NCBI GenBank assembly: GCA_902569865.1
Contig: CACFVT010000004.1
Coordinates: 1-50,080 of the forward strand
DNA from: an uncultured Alphaproteobacteria bacterium
Lineage (GTDB): Bacteria > Pseudomonadota > Alphaproteobacteria > HIMB59 > GCA-002718135
DNA length: 50,080 nt
Reading direction: 5' to 3'
Under the pieces are notes generated by a model. That model had not been told where the DNA came from. It did not search any database and was given only the letters and a program-made list of their open reading frames with translations. Positions 9,989 through 19,068 of the stretch are shown here, one piece after another. Position 1 is the stretch's first letter, and every line of letters begins with the position of its first letter. The position numbers were made by a program, and so were the translations under genes.

Positions 9989-10674
9989 ATATTTTTCTTA
10001 TTAAAAATGTAAACTAATGAATATATTATAATTGTTAGCAAAATTAAAACTATACCTAAAGCCATTGCATATTCAAGATTACCCATTCTTGTCTCAAGCG
10101 AAATTGCTGTAGTCATCACTCTTGTAAAGTGATCTATGTTTCCTCCTACAATCATTACAGCTCCTACTTCAGATATAGCTCTTCCAAAAGCAGAGAGCAG
10201 TGCTGTAATAACAAGAAAATAACTGTGTTTAGTAATTATAAATGCCACACCGAAAAAGGGCATATTAATAGATCTTAATTGATCTTTATACTCTCTCCAA
10301 TTTTGATCAAAAATTTCGTGTGATATGGAAGTAACAATTGGAAAAATAATTATTACTTGTGCTATTATCATAGCAGTAGGTGTATATAGCAATTGCAAAA
10401 CACCCAAAGGGCCTCCAGAAGCAAACATGAAATATACTATCAACCCCACTACTACAGGTGGAATGCCCATCAATGAATTAAGCACTATTAAAATAAAACT
10501 TTTAAACAGGAAATTTTTTATAGCTATATAATAACCGATTAATAATCCGAAAATTGAAGCAACAATGAGAGCAAAAATACTAACGTATAATGATAAAATA
10601 ATAATTTCCCACAAATCATTATCAAAAGAAATGATTAAAAATAAAGATTTTGTAAAAATTTCTATAATGTTCAT
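9985..10674 (-). CDS. tupB: Tungstate ABC transporter permease (TupB-like)
   Basis: LMGIPPVVVGL, GPLG..QLLYTPTAMIIAQ, FGRAISEVGAVMIVGGNIDHFTRVMTTAI. Confidence 0.85.
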   Translation of the reverse strand: MNIIEIFTKSLFLIISFDNDLWEIIILSLYVSIFALIVASIFGLLIGYYIAIKNFLFKSFILIVLNSLMGIPPVVVGLIVYFMFASGGPLGVLQLLYTPTAMIIAQVIIIFPIVTSISHEIFDQNWREYKDQLRSINMPFFGVAFIITKHSYFLVITALLSAFGRAISEVGAVMIVGGNIDHFTRVMTTAISLETRMGNLEYAMALGIVLILLTIIIYSLVYIFNKKNI

Positions 10675-10698
10675 ATAAAGATAATATCAGAATACAGT

Positions 10699-11517
10699 AT
10701 GAGTAAAAAAATTAAATATTTAGTTGCACCTAACCCACTAGATAGATATTTAACTAAGGAAATAAATGGCTTTGATGAAAGTTTTAAGAAAACTAAAACA
10801 AAGGTTATAATAGAGAAAGATCTTACTATTTATTTAAATAATCAAGAAATTGTAACACTAATGACAGTTGGTGATCATCCTGGATATCTTGCAGTGGGTT
10901 ACTTATTAAATCAAAATATGCTCAAAAAAAGTGATAAGATTAAAAAAATCGAATATGACCCTGACCTCAAAGTTGTGGTTGTAAGAACATCTCGAAAAAC
11001 TAATTATGAGAAAAAATTAAAAAGAAAAATTACTACAAGTGGATGTGCGGTTGGAACAGTATTTGGTGATGTTTATGATGAGATCTTAAAAAGTAAAATT
11101 AAATCCAAAAAAAAAATAAAACATTCATGGATCTATGAAATTTCAAAAAAAATTAATTTAACACCAAGTTTATATCTTGAAGCTGGAGCTATTCATGGTT
11201 GTGCAATTATTGAAAATAATAATCCAATTATTTATATGGAAGATGTTGGTCGTCACAATGCCGTAGATAAAATCGCAGGATATATGTTTTTAGAAAAAAT
11301 TAATGGAAATAATAAAATTTTTTATACTACAGGAAGGTTGACTAGTGAGATGGTCATCAAAACTGTAAAAATGAAGATACCTATTTTAATATCACGCTCA
11401 GGTTTTACATCTTGGGGTGTTGAGCTTGCTAGGAAAACTAATCTTACTTTAATCGGAAGAGCAAAAGGCAAAAAATATCTAGTACTATCAGGTGAAAAAA
11501 GAATTGATCATAAATAA
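10699..11517 (+). CDS. fdhD: Formate dehydrogenase accessory sulfurtransferase FdhD
   Basis: TSGC, GAIHGCA, EDVGRHNAVDK, TTGRLTSEMV. Confidence 0.95.
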   Translation: MSKKIKYLVAPNPLDRYLTKEINGFDESFKKTKTKVIIEKDLTIYLNNQEIVTLMTVGDHPGYLAVGYLLNQNMLKKSDKIKKIEYDPDLKVVVVRTSRKTNYEKKLKRKITTSGCAVGTVFGDVYDEILKSKIKSKKKIKHSWIYEISKKINLTPSLYLEAGAIHGCAIIENNNPIIYMEDVGRHNAVDKIAGYMFLEKINGNNKIFYTTGRLTSEMVIKTVKMKIPILISRSGFTSWGVELARKTNLTLIGRAKGKKYLVLSGEKRIDHK

Positions 11518-12127
11518 ATCAAAAACAATAATAGTTATTCTTGCTGGTGGCCAATCACGTCGATTTGGTGGTGGTTATAAAACTCTAAAAAGGCTCAATC
11601 ATATATCCGTACTTGATAGAATTATTCAAAATTTTAAAAAGCTAGAGATGGAAATAGTTTTAAATGTAAACTCAAATGAAGAACAGTTTTTAAAAACAGG
11701 CTTACATTTAATAAAGGATGAGCTAAAAAATTTTCAAGGTCCTCTTGCTGGAATATTTTCATCAATGAAATGGATATTAGAAAATAAAAAAAATATTGAA
11801 TGGATTTTTACATCACCATCCGATACTCCATTTTTAAGTAAAAGTTTGGTGGATAAATTTTTAAGCACTAACTTTAATAATAAAACTAATATAGTTATAG
11901 CAAAATCCTTCAACAAAACACATCCTGTAATTGGTTTTTGGCATATTTCATTAATTAAAAGTTTAGAAGAATTTTTAGCTAAAGATAATAGAAAAATTAT
12001 GCATTGGGTAGAGCAACAAAATTACGAACTTCTAAATTTTAAAGACAAAAATTATTTTTTTAACATTAATACTCAGGCTGATTTAAAAGAGGCAATTAAA
12101 ATTGAGAAGTCTATAAAAAAACTATAA
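11492..12127 (+). CDS. mobA: Molybdenum cofactor guanylyltransferase MobA
   Basis: ILAGGQSRRFGG.K, GPLAGI, DTPF, FFNINT. Confidence 0.93.
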   Translation: MKKELIINKSKTIIVILAGGQSRRFGGGYKTLKRLNHISVLDRIIQNFKKLEMEIVLNVNSNEEQFLKTGLHLIKDELKNFQGPLAGIFSSMKWILENKKNIEWIFTSPSDTPFLSKSLVDKFLSTNFNNKTNIVIAKSFNKTHPVIGFWHISLIKSLEEFLAKDNRKIMHWVEQQNYELLNFKDKNYFFNINTQADLKEAIKIEKSIKKL

Positions 12128-12175
12128 TTTACTGGATAATCTTAATAATAAGATTATAAATTAATACCATAAATC

Positions 12176-13090
12176 ATGTCAATATACCTTCCTATAGCCG
12201 AAATGAATATCAATATCTTCTTAATTGTTTTTATTGGAATGATTGTAGGTGCATTATCTGGCCTGTTCGGTGTTGGAGGAGGTTTTTTAATGACTCCTCT
12301 TTTGATTTTTCTAGGTATTCCACCTGTAGTTGCAGTTGGTTCTGAGGCTCCACATGTTTTAGCTTCCAGTGTATCTGGAGTTATAGCACACTGGCGTAAA
12401 AAAAATGTTGATTTTAAGATGGGTTTTTTTTTATTATCTGGCGGTATAATTGGATCAACTCTAGGGGTTAATTTATTTAAATTACTTAAGACTTATGGTC
12501 AAATTGATATTGTTATTCAATTTTTATTTTTAATTTTTCTTGGTTTTATTGGAATATCAATGGCTTTCGAAAGTGCAAAAACAACTATAAAAAATTATCA
12601 AACTACTTCAGCAATTAGAACTAAACTACATCAACATTCTTGGATACATGGACTTCCTTTTAAGCTTCGTTTTCACCGCTCAAAATTATATATTTCTGCA
12701 ATTCCACCTATTTTAATTGGTTTTTTTGTTGGAGTGTTATCAGCAATGATGGGTGTTGGTGGCGGCTTTATTATGATACCTGCAATGGTTTACATATTGG
12801 GTATGTCTACAAATGTTGTTGTGGGAACTTCATTATTTCAAATTATTTTTGTAACAGCAAACTCAACCTTTTTTCAATCTTATTTAAACCAAACTGTTGA
12901 TATAGTTTTATCTGCTCTTATGATCCTTGGTGGAGTTATTGGTGCACAAATTGGAGTTAAAATTGGATCAAAATTAAAAGCTGAATATTTGAGAGGTATT
13001 TTAGCAATTTTAGTATTACTTGTTTGTGCTAAGATTTTAACTGACTTGATTCTTATGCCCTCAGATTTATTTACTACTTCATTGTATTGA
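12176..13090 (+). CDS. TSUP (TauE/SafE) family transporter
   Basis: MSIYLPIAE start, GLFGVGGGFLMTP and MMGVGGGF internal repeats, multiple TM helices. Confidence 0.9.
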   Translation: MSIYLPIAEMNINIFLIVFIGMIVGALSGLFGVGGGFLMTPLLIFLGIPPVVAVGSEAPHVLASSVSGVIAHWRKKNVDFKMGFFLLSGGIIGSTLGVNLFKLLKTYGQIDIVIQFLFLIFLGFIGISMAFESAKTTIKNYQTTSAIRTKLHQHSWIHGLPFKLRFHRSKLYISAIPPILIGFFVGVLSAMMGVGGGFIMIPAMVYILGMSTNVVVGTSLFQIIFVTANSTFFQSYLNQTVDIVLSALMILGGVIGAQIGVKIGSKLKAEYLRGILAILVLLVCAKILTDLILMPSDLFTTSLY

Positions 13091-13095
13091 TTCAA

Positions 13096-13476
13096 ATGAA
13101 AAATTTTAAACAATATTTTATTACTTATACAGGGATGGGATTATTAGCTTTATACTATGTAAGTCGATTTTTTGAAATTGATTTCGATTATTTATTGCAG
13201 ATAACTATCTTTATTTTATCAGGGTGCTTATTATTGAAATTGTTTTATTGGTACAATATTGGCAAAAGTTCTGAAAGGGAAAATTTATTGAGATTTTCTT
13301 TTATCGTTTTAACATATTTTCTTCCAATATATATGATAATTCAAGAACCTACTTTAATTATTGATTTAACAATTTTAAAAATATCTTATGTAATTATTTT
13401 TACTTTTGCCTTTATTGGAATGCTTATAGAAAGATATTTGTTTGCTATGAAAGAAAAAATTAAAGAAAATTTATAA
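13096..13476 (+). CDS. Small multi-TM membrane protein, possibly related to the C-terminal part of DmsC/SoeC anchors
   Basis: About 4 hydrophobic segments; KLFYW and GMLIERYLF motifs; ATG at 13096. Confidence 0.6.
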   Translation: MKNFKQYFITYTGMGLLALYYVSRFFEIDFDYLLQITIFILSGCLLLKLFYWYNIGKSSERENLLRFSFIVLTYFLPIYMIIQEPTLIIDLTILKISYVIIFTFAFIGMLIERYLFAMKEKIKENL

Positions 13477-13496
13477 TATGAATAAAATAAAGTAAA

Positions 13497-14237
13497 ATGA
13501 ATAATAAATTACAATCTATTGTTTTTATCATTGTGTTTTTTTTTACAAAAGCCATTTTGGCTGAGGCATATTTTGATTTATCTCAAAATAATATTAAAAT
13601 TGAAACAGATTTTAATGGTAAAGAAATAATTATTTTTGGAATTTTAAATGATGATCAAGAAACTATTATTACTATTAAAGGTCCTCCGAAAAAAGCATTA
13701 ATTCAAAAAAAAGAGAGAATTTTAGGTTTTTGGTTTAATACAAAACAAATTTCTTATGATAAAATTCCCAGTATTTTTTTTATTTCGTCATCATCAAAGC
13801 TTGAAGATATTTTACCAATGTCTACCATAATTAAAGAAGAGCTTAGCTTTGATTTATTGTTAGAAAATAAATTATCACAAAGAAATTTTATATCTGATGT
13901 ATCATTAAAGAATTGGCAAGATAATTTTGTTAGAATTAAAAAAAATAAAAGTTTATTCAAACAATATAAAGTTGCAAAAATAGAAAATAAACTTTTTCAA
14001 ACACGGGTTTTTTTCCCAGCTGAGTCAATCCCTGGAAAATATAAAGTTCAAGTTTATCAAATAAAAAATAATATAATTTTAAATAAGAAAGAAAAAATTT
14101 TAACTTTACAAAAATCTGGCATGGGAAGTCAAATATATGATTTTGCACACAAAAATGCAGCAGCTTATGGTTTTTTTACTATCGTATTTGCTATATTATC
14201 AGGATTTCTTGCTGCAACATTGTTTAGGAGGTATTAA
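13497..14237 (+). CDS. TIGR02186-family conserved membrane protein
   Basis: Signal peptide, I.I.T.F.G.E..IFG, KKERILGFWFN, LF..R..FP, C-terminal TM; usual partner of this TSUP subfamily. Confidence 0.85.
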   Translation: MNNKLQSIVFIIVFFFTKAILAEAYFDLSQNNIKIETDFNGKEIIIFGILNDDQETIITIKGPPKKALIQKKERILGFWFNTKQISYDKIPSIFFISSSSKLEDILPMSTIIKEELSFDLLLENKLSQRNFISDVSLKNWQDNFVRIKKNKSLFKQYKVAKIENKLFQTRVFFPAESIPGKYKVQVYQIKNNIILNKKEKILTLQKSGMGSQIYDFAHKNAAAYGFFTIVFAILSGFLAATLFRRY

Positions 14238-14710
14238 TGAGTGATAGTAGGTACATATTAGTTATTGCTGATGATTCACCAGAGATGGAAATTGCTCTTG
14301 AGTACGCCTGTGCCAGATCAAAGAAAACAAGCCGAAAAATAATTATAGCAACATTTATAGAGCCTTTGGATGTTTTAACAACTCAAGGTGTAACAGAAAT
14401 TATGAAAAATGAAGCAAGAGAAGTAGCTGAAAACCTTCTTCAAAAAGCAGCAAGTCATGTAAAAAATAAAACTGGTGAAATTCCTTCTTTGGCACTTAGA
14501 GAGGGAGAAACAATTGCTGAATTAAAAAAACTTCTTGAAGAAGAAGAAAAAATTAATGTATTAGTTTTAGCTGCAAATTCTGATCCTAAAAATAAAGAAT
14601 CAAATATGATTATTAATTCTCTAGTAAGTCAAGAAATTGCAAATCTAAGAGTGCCAGTTATGATTGTTCCTGGTAACTTTTCAAAAGATCACATTGCTTT
14701 AATTACTTAG
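14237..14710 (+). CDS. Universal stress protein (UspA family)
   Basis: ILVIADDSPE, VLVLAA, VPVMIVPG. Confidence 0.88.
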   Translation: MSDSRYILVIADDSPEMEIALEYACARSKKTSRKIIIATFIEPLDVLTTQGVTEIMKNEAREVAENLLQKAASHVKNKTGEIPSLALREGETIAELKKLLEEEEKINVLVLAANSDPKNKESNMIINSLVSQEIANLRVPVMIVPGNFSKDHIALIT

Positions 14711-14712
14711 AT

Positions 14713-15348
14713 ATGTCTGAATTAATAGCTGAGAAATTAATTGATATTGGATCAGTTCAGTTCTCTTTTAATGATCATTTTACATTAACATCAGGTTTAA
14801 AATCTCCAGTTTACGTAGATTGTCGAAGAATTATATCTTTTATTGACGAAAGAGATTTTATTATGAACGAGGCTGTTAATTATTTTAAATCAAATAATTT
14901 GAAATTTGATTTAATAGCAGGTGGTGAAACAGCAGGCATTCCCTATGCTGCAATTATTTCTGAAAAAATGAAAAAACCGATGTTATATATCCGTAAGAAG
15001 CCAAAAGGTTTCGGTAAAAACCAGCAAATTGAAGGAGAATTTAAAAAAAAAGACAATACTATTTTAATTGAAGATCTGGCAACGGATGGTGGAAGTAAAG
15101 TTATATTTATTGAAGCCATGAGAAAAGCTGGATTAATAGTAAAAGATATTTTTGTTATTTTTTATTACGACATATTTGATTATGAAGACTCAGTTTTATC
15201 CAATTTAGATGTTAATATTCACTATCTTTGCACATGGAAAGATATTATTTCTGTTATAGAAAAAAGAAAATTATATAATCAAAATGAAATAAATAATTTA
15301 AAAAATTTTTTATCTAATCCTGATAATTGGAGAAAAAATAATGCCTAA
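14713..15348 (+). CDS. pyrE: Orotate phosphoribosyltransferase
   Basis: FTLTSGLKSPVYVDCR, GGETAGIP, LIEDLATDGGS PRPP motif. Confidence 0.95.
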   Translation: MSELIAEKLIDIGSVQFSFNDHFTLTSGLKSPVYVDCRRIISFIDERDFIMNEAVNYFKSNNLKFDLIAGGETAGIPYAAIISEKMKKPMLYIRKKPKGFGKNQQIEGEFKKKDNTILIEDLATDGGSKVIFIEAMRKAGLIVKDIFVIFYYDIFDYEDSVLSNLDVNIHYLCTWKDIISVIEKRKLYNQNEINNLKNFLSNPDNWRKNNA

Positions 15349-15769
15349 TATTATTTTAATCAGTGGGGGTTTTGATCCGATTCATAGCGGTCATATAAAA
15401 TTAATTAATGATGCTAGTAAATATGGGGATGTAATTGTTCTTCTTAATTCAGATGAATGGTTAAGAAATAAAAAAGGTAAAGAATTTTTATCTTTTGATG
15501 AAAGAAAAATTATAATGAAAAACATAAAAGGTGTCATTGATGTTATTGAATTTGATGATACTGACAAGACTTCTATTGATGGAATTAAAAAAGCAAAATC
15601 ACTTTATAAAAATAATGTAATTAAATTTGCAAACGGTGGGGATAGAAATAATGAAACTACACCTGAGAAAGAATTTTGTGATAAAAATAATATAGAAACT
15701 CTTTTTGGAATAGGTGGTAATGATAAATCTAATTCAAGTTCTTGGATTTTAAAAAAATGGAAAGAATAG
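15341..15769 (+). CDS. Stand-alone HIGH-family adenylyl/cytidylyltransferase
   Basis: SGGFDPIHSGH, LNSD.WL..KKG, FANGGDR, KSNSSSW. Confidence 0.85.
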   Translation: MPNIILISGGFDPIHSGHIKLINDASKYGDVIVLLNSDEWLRNKKGKEFLSFDERKIIMKNIKGVIDVIEFDDTDKTSIDGIKKAKSLYKNNVIKFANGGDRNNETTPEKEFCDKNNIETLFGIGGNDKSNSSSWILKKWKE

Positions 15770-15772
15770 TAA

Positions 15773-16375
15773 TTAAGGATAAAGTTTTTTAATTTTCCAG
15801 GAGTTATCACTTTTCAAATAAAGTACTCGGTCATGAAATCTAAATGGCATTTCTTGCCAAAACTCAATTAAATTAGGCATAACTAGATAGCCATTCCAAT
15901 GTGATGGACGAGGAATATCTTTATCTTTATATTTCATTTCAAAATCTTTAATGTTTTTTACTAATTCATCTCTAGATGAAAGATCATCACTTTGGCTAGA
16001 TGACCATGCTCCAATCTGACTATTTCTTGGACGTGTTTTAAAATAAGAGTCAGCAACTTCTTTGCTTACAATATTTGCAATACCCTCTATTCTTATCTGT
16101 CTATTTTGAGTTTTCCAATGAAAGTTAAGAGCAACATTGTTATTTTCTTTAATTGATTTACCTTTTTTACTATTAGAATTAGTATAGAAAACTAAACCAA
16201 TTTCATCATATGATTTTAATAAAACTACTCTTGATGAAGGTTGATTGTTAGAAAGTGTAGATAGTGTCATTGCATTTGGATCGTTTATCTCTGTTTTACA
16301 TGCTAAATCATACCATTTTTTAAATAAAATGAATGGATCTTTAATGTTCTCAATCAGATCTTTGTGCTTTAACAT
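15773..16375 (-). CDS. pdxH: Pyridoxamine 5'-phosphate oxidase
   Basis: PSSRVVLLK, FYTN..S.K, RQIRIEG, EFWQ...FRFHDR. Confidence 0.96.
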   Translation of the reverse strand: MLKHKDLIENIKDPFILFKKWYDLACKTEINDPNAMTLSTLSNNQPSSRVVLLKSYDEIGLVFYTNSNSKKGKSIKENNNVALNFHWKTQNRQIRIEGIANIVSKEVADSYFKTRPRNSQIGAWSSSQSDDLSSRDELVKNIKDFEMKYKDKDIPRPSHWNGYLVMPNLIEFWQEMPFRFHDRVLYLKSDNSWKIKKLYP

Positions 16376-16438
16376 TTTCGATATATTAAGTAATAAAACT
16401 TATATATAATCTTAAAAATAATAAAAAATAGGAATTTA

Positions 16439-17260
16439 ATGTTAATGCAAGGAAAAAAAGGGCTAATAATGGGTGTTGCTAATGATAGGTCAATAGCATG
16501 GGGAATAGCAAAATGTTTAGCCGAAAATGGCGCATCTATTGCTCTAACTTATCAAGGAGAGGCTCTTAAAAAGAGAGTAGAGCCGTTAGGTCAATCAATA
16601 AATTCAAATATATTAATACCTTGCGATGTTGCTGACTCTAGTAGTATGGAAAATGTTTTCAAAACACTAGAACAAAAGTGGGGCAAAATTGATTTCTTAG
16701 TTCATGGAATTGGTTTTTCAAATAAAGATGAATTGAGAGGTAAATATTACAACACATCTTCAGCAAACTTTAATCAAACGATGCACATTTCATGTTATTC
16801 ATTTACAGAGGCTTGCAGATTAGCTGAGCCATTAATGAATGATGGTGGCTCTATTTTAACTTTAACTTATTATGGAGCAGAACAAGTTATGCCACATTAC
16901 AATGTAATGGGTGTTGCCAAAGCTGCTTTAGAGGCTAGTGTTAGATACTTAGCGGTTGATCTTGGTGAAAAGAATGTAAGAGTGAACGCAATAAGTGCTG
17001 GTCCAATCAAAACCCTTGCAGCTTCTGGAATAGGTGATTTTAGATTTATTTTAAAATGGAATGAACTAAATGCTCCATTAAAAAGAAATGTTAGTCAAGG
17101 TGATGTAGGTAATTCAGCACTTTATCTATTAAGTGATTTAGGAAGCGCTGTAACTGGAGAGATCCAACATGTTGACTGTGGATATCATACTGTTGGAATG
17201 GTAGCAGTGGATGAAGCTGAAAAAGTATCCGATCTATTAAATGAATTTAACAATAAATAA
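16439..17260 (+). CDS. fabI: Enoyl-ACP reductase FabI
   Basis: GVANDRSIAWGI, YNVMGVAKAALE, SAGPIKTLAASG. Confidence 0.97.
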   Translation: MLMQGKKGLIMGVANDRSIAWGIAKCLAENGASIALTYQGEALKKRVEPLGQSINSNILIPCDVADSSSMENVFKTLEQKWGKIDFLVHGIGFSNKDELRGKYYNTSSANFNQTMHISCYSFTEACRLAEPLMNDGGSILTLTYYGAEQVMPHYNVMGVAKAALEASVRYLAVDLGEKNVRVNAISAGPIKTLAASGIGDFRFILKWNELNAPLKRNVSQGDVGNSALYLLSDLGSAVTGEIQHVDCGYHTVGMVAVDEAEKVSDLLNEFNNK

Positions 17261-17263
17261 ATA

Positions 17264-18334
17264 ATGTCATCAAACTCTATTGGAAAATTATTCTCATTCT
17301 CAACTTGGGGAGAAAGTCATGGTAAAGCGATAGGATGTGTAATTGATGGAGTTCCATCTAATATTGAGCTTAGTGAAAAACATATTCAACCTTACCTTAA
17401 TAAAAGAAAACCTGGTCAATCAAAATATACGACTCAAAGAAATGAAGATGATAAGATAGAAATTTTATCTGGTGTTTTTGAGGGTAAGACAACTGGCCAT
17501 CCAATATCTCTAATAATTTACAATAATGACCAAAGATCTAAAGATTATTCAGAAATTAGAGAAAAATTTCGACCTGGTCACGCTGATTATACCTATTGGA
17601 AAAAATATGGAATAAGGGATTACAGAGGTGGTGGTAGATCAAGTGCTAGAGAAACTGCTATGCGAGTAGCAGCAGGAGCTATTGCAAGAAAAGTTATATG
17701 GAAAAAAATTGGCAATCAAGCCAAAATTACTGGTGCTCTAATTCAAATAGGTAATTCCAAAATAAACTATGATAATTGGAATGAAAATTTCATCTCTGAA
17801 AATGAATTTTTTTGCCCAGATGAAAAAATAATAACTGAATGGAAAAATCTTATAGATAATGCTCGTAAAGATGGATCCTCATTAGGTGCAATAATAGAAG
17901 TTAGAGCATCAGGTATACCCACAGGTCTAGGTGAACCTATATATGATAAGTTAGACTCTGATATTGCAAAAGCATTGATGACAATTAATGCTGTTAAGGG
18001 TGTAGAAATAGGTAATGGCTTTGATAGTGTTAATGAGGATGGAAAAACAAACGTAGATGAAATGATATTAAAAGAAGGTAAACCAAGTTTCTTAAGCAAC
18101 AATAATGGTGGTATTCTTGGAGGCATTAGTTCTGGACAAAATATAGTTTGTCGATTTGTAGTAAAACCAACAAGCTCAATAACATCTGAGAGAAAAACAA
18201 TTGATATTAATTTGCAAGAAACAACGATTTCAACAAAAGGACGTCATGATCCTTGTGTAGGTATTAGAGCAGTTCCTGTTGGTGAAGCAATGCTTGCAAC
18301 CACTATTGCAGATCATTGTCTTCGCTATTTCTGA
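17264..18334 (+). CDS. aroC: Chorismate synthase
   Basis: [28 protein letters not shown]. Confidence 0.97.
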   Translation: MSSNSIGKLFSFSTWGESHGKAIGCVIDGVPSNIELSEKHIQPYLNKRKPGQSKYTTQRNEDDKIEILSGVFEGKTTGHPISLIIYNNDQRSKDYSEIREKFRPGHADYTYWKKYGIRDYRGGGRSSARETAMRVAAGAIARKVIWKKIGNQAKITGALIQIGNSKINYDNWNENFISENEFFCPDEKIITEWKNLIDNARKDGSSLGAIIEVRASGIPTGLGEPIYDKLDSDIAKALMTINAVKGVEIGNGFDSVNEDGKTNVDEMILKEGKPSFLSNNNGGILGGISSGQNIVCRFVVKPTSSITSERKTIDINLQETTISTKGRHDPCVGIRAVPVGEAMLATTIADHCLRYF

Positions 18335-19068
18335 TACTTTGCAGTAAGTAAAAATTCTGTATTACCTTTTGGGCCTTTGATAGGGCTTTCAATAATATTC
18401 AGCACTTCACAATTACACTCACATTCAAACCATGTTTTGATTTCATCACAAATACGAACGTGAATGTCAGAGTTTTTAACTACACCTTTTTTTGTTTCAT
18501 TTTTTTTTGACTCAAATTGTGGTTTAATGAGTACAATAATAATACTTTTATTTTTTAGTAACTCTAAACAAGGTAAGATAACTTTTTTAAGACTGATAAA
18601 GCTAACATCGCAAACTAATAATTCAATTAATTCACTAATTATATCTTTAGTAAGATAACGAGCGTTTATCTTTTCCAAATTTATAACTATTTTATTTTCT
18701 TTTAATCTTTCATGTAATTGATTTGTGCCAACATCAACAGAAAATACTTTCTTTGCACCTCTTTGAATTAATACCTCTGTAAAACCTCCAGTAGATGCGC
18801 CAAGATCCAAACATACTTGATTTTCTACATTAATATTATTTTCATCAAGTGCTTTAATTAATTTATAGGCTCCTCTAGAAACCCACTTGGGGCCAAGATT
18901 TTTGATTTCAATTAAAGAGTAAGGACTTATATTAAATCCACTTTTATTGATGATTTTTCCTTCAACAGAGACTTGACCTGCCATAATCATAGATTGAGCT
19001 TTTGTTTTAGAATCAGCTAATTTTCTATCAAAGAGTATTTGATCAAGTCGTATTTTTTTTAAAATCAA
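18325..19068 (-). CDS. tlyA: TlyA-family rRNA 2'-O-methyltransferase
   Basis: S4 domain (RLD), [31 protein letters not shown]. Confidence 0.95.
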   Translation of the reverse strand: MILKKIRLDQILFDRKLADSKTKAQSMIMAGQVSVEGKIINKSGFNISPYSLIEIKNLGPKWVSRGAYKLIKALDENNINVENQVCLDLGASTGGFTEVLIQRGAKKVFSVDVGTNQLHERLKENKIVINLEKINARYLTKDIISELIELLVCDVSFISLKKVILPCLELLKNKSIIIVLIKPQFESKKNETKKGVVKNSDIHVRICDEIKTWFECECNCEVLNIIESPIKGPKGNTEFLLTAKYQK

